NCBI GenBank assembly: GCA_964196195.1
Contig: CAXMSE010000039.1
Location: 66,329 to 130,328, forward strand
DNA: 64,000 nt
Source: an uncultured Gammaproteobacteria bacterium
Lineage (GTDB): Bacteria; Actinomycetota; Acidimicrobiia; Acidimicrobiales; Aldehydirespiratoraceae
Direction: 5' to 3'
The notes beneath the pieces are model-generated. The model was not told the origin of the DNA. It made no database searches and saw only the letters and a list, made by a program, of their open reading frames with translations. The position numbers and the translations under genes were made by a program. This document shows positions 1 to 6,700 of the stretch, in pieces (position 1 is the stretch's first letter; each line of letters starts with the position of its first letter).

Positions 1-380
1 GACACGAGGTCGCCCTGTCGTTCGGTTGCTTGTTCGGCCAGGGAGAGATCCACGGCCCGGCGCAGCACTGCTACCCGGAGCCGAGCCATCGCCCGTTCCG
101 CCACCCGAAGCATCAACAGCTGGGTGATTAGGGACAACAGGCTCACTACGATGACGGTGATAGTGGTGATGATGGCCAGACGGGCCAAAACGTCGCTGTC
201 GACCCCGGAGTCGGCGAGCAGGCCATCGTCGATGATCTTCTGGAACAAGATCGGCACCGCGATACGGCCCAGTCCGAGCAGGATTCCCGCGGCGACCATC
301 GAACCGATGACCGTGCGGAATTCAGGAGTGAATTCCAGGCCCTTGCGGATGATCGCGAACGCGCTGCGGTCGTCGGTCAC
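1..380 (-). CDS. ABC transporter permease/ATPase, 5' fragment (gene continues past window start)
   Basis: My own minus-strand translation from GTG at 380 gives VTDDRSAFAIIRKGLEFTPEFRTVIGSMVAAGILLGLGRIAVPILFQKIIDDGL..., which looks like the N-terminal TM region of a type-I ABC exporter. The start overlaps the stop of the upstream ABC gene (GTGA, 377-380). It is absent from the ORF track because it is truncated. Confidence 0.55.
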   Translation of the reverse strand, partial: MTDDRSAFAIIRKGLEFTPEFRTVIGSMVAAGILLGLGRIAVPILFQKIIDDGLLADSGVDSDVLARLAIITTITVIVVSLLSLITQLLMLRVAERAMARLRVAVLRRAVDLSLAEQATERQGDLV

Positions 381-2125
381 CCTGCCACTTCCTCGGCCCG
401 GTAGGCCTCGACCAGGCGCCGGTAGGCGGGATCGCCGAGGAGCTGCTGATGGGTGCCCACCGCCCGCACATTCCCGTCGCTCATGAGAGCCACCCGGTCG
501 GCGGCAACCATGGCGGCCACACGATGGGTGACCATCACGACGGTGGTGGGGAGATCGCCAAGGCGGGCGAGGATGCGTTCCTCGAGGGCCGGGTCGACGG
601 CGGCGGTGGCGTCGTCGAGCAGAATCATCCCCGGCCTGCCCGCCAAGGCACGAGCGAGGGCGATCCTCTGGCGTTGGCCACCGGAAAGCGTCACCCCGCG
701 CTCTCCCACGACGGTGGCGAAGCCGTCGGGGAGATCGTGTTCGAGATCGTCGGCTCCGGCAATGTGCAGGGCATCGATGATCTCGGCCTCATCACGGCCG
801 CGCCCGAAATCGGCGTTACCGCTGATGGTGCCGGTGTAGAGAACCGCCTGCTGGGAGGCCAGGGTGACACGCTGCCTCAGCTCCTCGTCGGCCACCTCGG
901 CGGCGATGACCCCTCCGAGCTGTACGGATCCCGCATCGGTGGCTCTCAGTCGAGCCAGCACCTCAAGCACGGTGGATTTGCCGCTCGCGGTCGACCCGAC
1001 AAGGGCGAGCGTCTCGCCGGGTTGGATGTCGAGGTCGAGATCGTTGAGCCGGCTTCTATCGACCGGTCCCACCCGCACACCGCGGAGGCTCGCGCCGAGA
1101 GGGCCGGCCGGGAGCAAGGAGGTGCCGGTCGAGGTGCGTAGCGGATCGTCGGGCTCGACCCTCAGTGAATCGATCCGTCTGCGGCCAACCACCGAGAGAG
1201 GGAGATCGGTGAGGAAGAAGCCGATCACCTGCATCGGAAAGGCCAGCACCCCGAACAGGGCGACTGCCTCCACGAGGCCACCAGGCTCGAGAGCACCGGA
1301 GTTGACGCGCTGGGCGCCGACCACCACGATCAGGACCATCGCCATCTGGGGCACGAAGGCGAAGCCGTTGTTGATCGCCGTGTGGAGCGACTGGAGGCGA
1401 ACCCGGCTGGCACGATGGGTGTCGACGATGCTCTCGAACCGGTCGAGTTCGGCATCTTCGCGGCCGAGGGTCTTGATCACCTGGCTGCCGGCGATTATCT
1501 CGCTCGCGGCGGCGGTGACGTCGGCGTTGGCTGCCCGCTCCGTCGCGGTGGGGGGTTCGAGCCAGGACGCGGTGGCCCAACTCATCATCAACACGAAGGG
1601 AAGCACGCCGATCGTGGCGAGCATGAGGGGGATGTCGAGTAGCGCCAGGCCCACCACCGCGAAAACGATCATGCTCAGCACCCCGATCGTGTAGGGGAGC
1701 GGATGGATGACGTCGACCGCGGCCTCGGTGTCGGCATCGAGATGGGCAAGAAGTTCTCCCGGTGGACGTGAGCGCACCCGGTCGAGCGACACGCTGACTA
1801 TCCGACGGGCGACATCACGTTGCAGACCCGCTCGAGCGCGGGCGGCAGTCATTCCGGCGAAGTAGCGACGGACGATCACACCGGCCGAGCGAAACACCAT
1901 CACACCCACAAGAAGAGCCACCGCAGCCCATTCCCGCGCGGGTGCGCCCTCGTTGAGGGGTACGAGCACTTCGTCGGTGGCCCAGCCGAGCGCTACCGCC
2001 GATGCAACTGATCCGGCCGCGTAGAACACCGACCCCGTGACGGCGATCCACAAGGGCCGTGGGTAGGCGCGGGCGTAGCCCCGCACGAGCCGGAGGCCGT
2101 CGGCGATGGGAGCGCTTCCGGTCAC
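377..2125 (-). CDS. ABC transporter, fused permease/ATP-binding subunit (MdlB/MsbA-type exporter half-transporter)
   Basis: 582 aa. N-terminal half has 6 hydrophobic segments. Walker A is GSTASGKST, the ABC signature is LSGGQRQRIALARAL, and Walker B is ILLDDATAAVD. Confidence 0.9.
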   Translation of the reverse strand: MTGSAPIADGLRLVRGYARAYPRPLWIAVTGSVFYAAGSVASAVALGWATDEVLVPLNEGAPAREWAAVALLVGVMVFRSAGVIVRRYFAGMTAARARAGLQRDVARRIVSVSLDRVRSRPPGELLAHLDADTEAAVDVIHPLPYTIGVLSMIVFAVVGLALLDIPLMLATIGVLPFVLMMSWATASWLEPPTATERAANADVTAAASEIIAGSQVIKTLGREDAELDRFESIVDTHRASRVRLQSLHTAINNGFAFVPQMAMVLIVVVGAQRVNSGALEPGGLVEAVALFGVLAFPMQVIGFFLTDLPLSVVGRRRIDSLRVEPDDPLRTSTGTSLLPAGPLGASLRGVRVGPVDRSRLNDLDLDIQPGETLALVGSTASGKSTVLEVLARLRATDAGSVQLGGVIAAEVADEELRQRVTLASQQAVLYTGTISGNADFGRGRDEAEIIDALHIAGADDLEHDLPDGFATVVGERGVTLSGGQRQRIALARALAGRPGMILLDDATAAVDPALEERILARLGDLPTTVVMVTHRVAAMVAADRVALMSDGNVRAVGTHQQLLGDPAYRRLVEAYRAEEVAG

Positions 2126-2189
2126 TGGCCGACCCTAGACCCTGTAACCGGATGAGGGGCACCATTATGGGGCCGGCCGGTGGATGCCC

Positions 2190-3701
2190 TCAAGCGATGA
2201 TGGCCAACTCGATTCCCAGTTCCTGCTGCACTTCGTCTCGCCGTCGGATACTCCACGAGACGCCGCCACCACCGGTTGGGCCGAGTCTCAGAATGCCGGG
2301 CCTGGTGGCGACGAAGTGCCTTCGACTGAGAGATCGCGCGTGGGTGTCGTGGTGTGTGAACCTCCACCACCGCAATGCCACCCCCAACCCACTTGTGAGG
2401 TAGTGCAGATACGCCTCGGGGTAGATGCTCGCCTCGTCGAGCCGAACAAACCCCCGATGGGCCAGTTCGGCCAGTCCCGCGTTCAGCTCGGTTGGCGAAA
2501 CATCGACATCGAGCAGCTCGCGGACCCTTGAGCGGAGCCCCCCACCGTCGAGGTCGCCTCCGTGGTTGACCAGGGCCGAAATCGGCAGGGCTGTGGCAGG
2601 TACTCCAAGCTTGTTTGCCGATGTGATCACGTCGAGTAGGGCCGCAAGCGCAGTGGAGGAACCGGCGTCGAGGTCGTGATCGAACGGATCGGGCCTTTTC
2701 TCTGTGTCGGGGGGAAAGGCCGCGAGGCAGCGGGCCGTCGCTTCGATGGTTGCGGTCGGCTGGTCTGACGCTGTCGCCCCATCTGGGTCGACCGCCACCA
2801 GAGCCGACACCGAGCCATCGCCGGAATCAAGGTCCAGCTCGACCGTGGAGCGCGCCGCAGTGGGAGAAGGTTGGGAAGCGAGGGCGCTGACCACCCCAAC
2901 CGTCGCATGCAACAATCCAAGGGTGCCCGGACGCGCGGTTCCGGGGCCGTGGGGATGCTGCGACGCGGCAACCTCGAGACAAAGCGGAGGCGGGGTGGTC
3001 GGGTCTTGATCGACATGACCAAGGGCCTCAACCGCGGCCACCGCATCAGCGGGCGTGGCCGCGGAGCTCAACACGGCTTCGGCAAGCTGGGCCACGATCA
3101 CGTTCGCGTCGGCGGGCCGGTAGCCACCCTCCACCGGGGTGCTGCGGCCGTTGATGGCGTCGATCAGTTCCCAGAATCTGAAGTCGCTCGGCCCGGTCGC
3201 GGCGAGGTCCTCGAGGAGCAACTGAGCCTCGCCGTGGCGGCCGGCATCGGCCATCGCCTGGGCGGTGAGGATCCACAGCATGGGCACGACTCGGCCTTGT
3301 TCGGTGTTGAGACTCACCGCCCTCGCCAACTGGGCGAGGCCGTCGAATCGGCGCCCCGACATCCACAACGCCGAGCCGTACGAGGCCCTGATTCCTGTGT
3401 CCTCAGGCGCGTGTCGCACCGCCAACCGAAGCAGGTCGGCCGCCGTGGTGTGGTCTTCGGCTTCGAGGAATTCGTTTGCCGCAGTAAGAGCCAGCGATGC
3501 CGCGCATCTCGCCAACATCGGAGTCTTGGGATCGCCGGGGTCGGCTTCGGCCAGATAGGCGTCGACATCGCGGGCGAGACTGGGGAGTTCGATGCGGCCG
3601 GCCTGGATCGTCTCGGCCGTGGTGGCCGTGACCGGAAGCGGAACAGGGGGCACGTCGAGTAGTTCGGCCAGTGCCTCGGTGGGTTGGATCCAGTGGGTCA
3701 T
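2190..3701 (-). CDS. Hypothetical cytoplasmic protein, N-terminal TPR-like helical repeats (503 aa), translationally coupled to the giant gene
   Basis: The track ORF 2190-4118 overlaps the giant gene by 420 nt. The internal ATG at 3701 (MTHWIQPTEALAELL...) overlaps the giant gene's TGA as ATGA (3698-3701). There is no signal peptide or TM segment. The N-terminal ~190 aa are helical and repeat-like (LRLAVRHAPEDTGIRASYGSALWMSGRRFDGLAQLARAV...). I recognise no catalytic motif. Confidence 0.6.
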   Translation of the reverse strand: MTHWIQPTEALAELLDVPPVPLPVTATTAETIQAGRIELPSLARDVDAYLAEADPGDPKTPMLARCAASLALTAANEFLEAEDHTTAADLLRLAVRHAPEDTGIRASYGSALWMSGRRFDGLAQLARAVSLNTEQGRVVPMLWILTAQAMADAGRHGEAQLLLEDLAATGPSDFRFWELIDAINGRSTPVEGGYRPADANVIVAQLAEAVLSSAATPADAVAAVEALGHVDQDPTTPPPLCLEVAASQHPHGPGTARPGTLGLLHATVGVVSALASQPSPTAARSTVELDLDSGDGSVSALVAVDPDGATASDQPTATIEATARCLAAFPPDTEKRPDPFDHDLDAGSSTALAALLDVITSANKLGVPATALPISALVNHGGDLDGGGLRSRVRELLDVDVSPTELNAGLAELAHRGFVRLDEASIYPEAYLHYLTSGLGVALRWWRFTHHDTHARSLSRRHFVATRPGILRLGPTGGGGVSWSIRRRDEVQQELGIELAIIA

Positions 3702-6700
3702 TTCGGGAACACCGGCTGGTAGGACGCCATCATCTGCTTGAGGCTTGCCACGTACTCGGCCTCGCTCATTTTCAGCTGGGTCAGCACCGCCTGGGTGGCG
3801 CGGGGGTTGGCTCTCATCGTGCGGGCCGCGTCGACGAGTTGCTGGTTGGGCAACGGCTGACCAATGCGCCCTGCGACATATGAGGCCCGGTCGACTGCCT
3901 TGGAAACCGACTTGGCGTCGTCGTAATGGCTCATGGCGGCTTGTTGCTGGGTGAACAGCCCTTTCATCTCCGCCGCACCGATCCGGGTCGGGTCCGCAGC
4001 CATGTCGAGCCCCGCGAAGGTACGTTCCGCGCCCCACGCCGTATCGATATCGGCCGCGTTCGCCAGGGGGGTGTTGAGGCCTTCGGCCCGCTCGATCTGC
4101 TGAAGTTCGCTGTCCCACGTGCGAAGGTCCATCTGGCCGAGTTCGTTACGGTCGATGATCGCCTGCCCGGAGGTGGAGTAGCTGCCGGCGTCGCCGGCGC
4201 GATCGCCGAAGGTGAACACCTCGGTCGAACCCTGAGCAGATTGCCGAGCCCGGGTGTAGCCCATCGGATAAGCATCAGCCTGACCCGCACCGGCCCCGAA
4301 ACCTCCGTAGGACCTCATGTCCATGTTGTCGCCGGTCAGACGCCGAGCCGCGGCGGCCGGATCGTCGGCATCGCCGAGTCGGTTGACCGCCTCGCCCAAC
4401 GAGATCCCTTCTTCACGAGCCAGGATCACCGCCGGATCGGTGGCCGAATTGAGGCGGAGCTCGGCCGCTCGTTGGTGCAGCTGGCTGAGTCTCGACTGCA
4501 AGCGTTGCTGGGTCTGGGTGTAGGTCTCGCCCGCCCGCCTCGCGCTGTCGAGCTGATCGCGGGTGAAACTGGCGACGATGGTGCGGTCGGCATCGGTCAT
4601 GACGGATCGCCCCGCTCCGACCGACCCGCTGTTGCCCATCATCACCTCGTTTGGGTGAAAGCCGACCTCAGCCGCGAAATCGTCGACCGCATCGGTCACA
4701 CCCTGACGGCTCGCGGCACCGGTGAGCTCGTCGTGCATGTTTACGACGCTCTGAGCTAGTTCGTCGCTGACATTCCCGGCCGCCTCGGCTCGACCCATCC
4801 CCCCCATCCCATCACCTTGAAATAGGGATCGGCGGGCCGCGTCGGCCGCATCCTCAGCTTCCGCCAACGCATCCATCGCGCGCGCTGTATCGGCGGAGTT
4901 GCCGGTGGCTGCCGCAGCTCGGGCCGCGGCGCGTGCCTCCTCGGCTGCCTCGGCGAGACGCGCTGCCTCGGACATCCGCCCCGGCGCAGCCGCCGCCGTC
5001 TCCGCGACCCCGGTCGGCCCGATCACCCGCGCCGTACTGGCGGCATCACCAGTGGCGTCGAGTACCCGCGCCGTGCTCGCCGCGTCGCCGGTGGCGTCGA
5101 GCACCCTGCTCACATCGGTTGCCTCCGCGGCCAGGTCCATCGTTCTCGATACAGCGACCAGTTCGTCGGCGTGGGACAAGACGCCCGCACCGGCCAAGGT
5201 TGTGCCGATGTCGAGCACCCCCATGGCGACCGATCCCAGCCTCGCTCCCAGAGGGCGATCACCGTCCATGGCGTCGTAGAGGTCGCGGCCCGGTATGAAC
5301 ATCGCGGCGGTGTCGATCGGATGACGGATGAACTGTCCACCCAGCGCGACTCCGACGCGACCGGCGGTTACCGCGCCCTGCTGAATACTCTCCTGGGCGT
5401 CGCCGAAGGTGCCCCCGGCGAGCATGCCGGCGGCGTCGTAGATCGTCTCCGCAGTTCCTTCGCCGAGAATCTTCCAGTTCTCGAGGTCGGTGGCGGCCTG
5501 CACCACGACACGGGTGGCATCGACCATGATGCCCGGTATCTCGGTGGCATCGTTCCACGATGCCTGTGCGGTCTCGGAGAAGATCTGGCCCCAGGTGTCC
5601 CTGAGCGTCGCCAGATCTTGATCTCTCTCCCGCCCCTCGAGTGCTGCCAGCGCGAGGTCCCGCGCCTCGATCTGGGCTCCCAGTCTGTCGACTTCGTCCC
5701 AGCCGGCGCGGATTTCGGTCATCTCGGCGTCGTTGTCGGCGATACTGCGCCCTGCCATGTCGCCGAACCGTTGTTCTGCTTCCTCGTCGCTGTACTGCCC
5801 GGCGACGAATCGCTCGTGATGGGAGTCGCGGGCCCTGCTCGCCTCGCTCGCGGCCGCGATTCGTTGTTCGATCGTGGCGCGGTCGAGCATCTCGGTGCCG
5901 TCGGGAGTGTCCCACGCGTAGAGATCGTCGGCATTGGCTTGAATCGGGTTGCCATGTTCGTCGAGCACGGTGGCCGCAGGCGCGGTGCGGCTGGCTGGTT
6001 CGACACCGGCTCCCTGCAGGGTGGCCCGCACCCTGCCAGCGCCCCCCTCGCGCCAACTGGTGAGGAGGTCGCCGGCGGTGAGGCCGCTCTCGGCGAGAGT
6101 GGCGGCGGTGATCCCCATGGCTGCAATCAGTCCGATCAGTCCCGCGGCGGCTGCTTCTCGGTTGGTCGGCGAGTCGTCCGCGGCTGCGCCCGACGCTGAT
6201 GCGGCACCGAGAGGGACCGAGCCGGGTGCGCCTCGGGTACCCAGCACCGTGCCGAGGTTTCCGCCGATCTCGCCCTGATTGACCATCGCCGTTATGGACT
6301 GGATCATCGATGCGACCTCAGGATCACCCGGCAGGCAATGGTGGCACCGGTATCGGAATATCCCCGATGGGAACACCCCGCGAACGGTGACGTTGGGACC
6401 GTCGGCGGAATCGAAGTCGTTGAGTATGTAGATCTGACCGGGACCGCCCGGGGCAAGCACCTGGTGGAAGCCAACTCTCGCGCATTCGCCTACCGGCGAT
6501 GGGAGGGGCACCCCGTCGGCGCCCAGCTCACAAACGAGGTCGAGATCGGAGTTGCGAGGGCCCCCGTTTATGTAGCCGTAGCCATCCTGATCGAACTCCA
6601 CGGCCAAGCGGGGTTCGGGCCGGGCGAGGTAGTAGGTGAGCTCGCTTCTGACACCTCCGGGGCCCTCCTCGCCGAACTCGATGCCTGAGTCCCAGCACGC

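Noticed and set aside
3702-4118. N-terminal extensions of track ORFs into upstream genes. Examples are 2190-4118, 12058-13650, 17367-18983, 18842-20158, 33188-34396, 37792-39657, 52369-53724, 57473-59455 and 51661-53160.
   Set aside because: Each has an internal start where family-typical N-termini begin, usually with a 1-4 nt overlap or short gap to the preceding stop. The extensions are Arg/Pro-rich and overlap a better-supported gene.
4100-4320. An ADP-ribosyltransferase-like string pattern in the giant protein's C-terminus: an Arg, then STS (aa 1810-1812), then Q-x-E (aa 1836-1838).
   Set aside because: Tripeptides like these occur by chance. The STS-to-QxE spacing (~26 aa) is short for ART folds, there is no aromatic-Arg motif upstream, and no other ART features were seen. 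This is too weak to claim without an HMM or structural hit.
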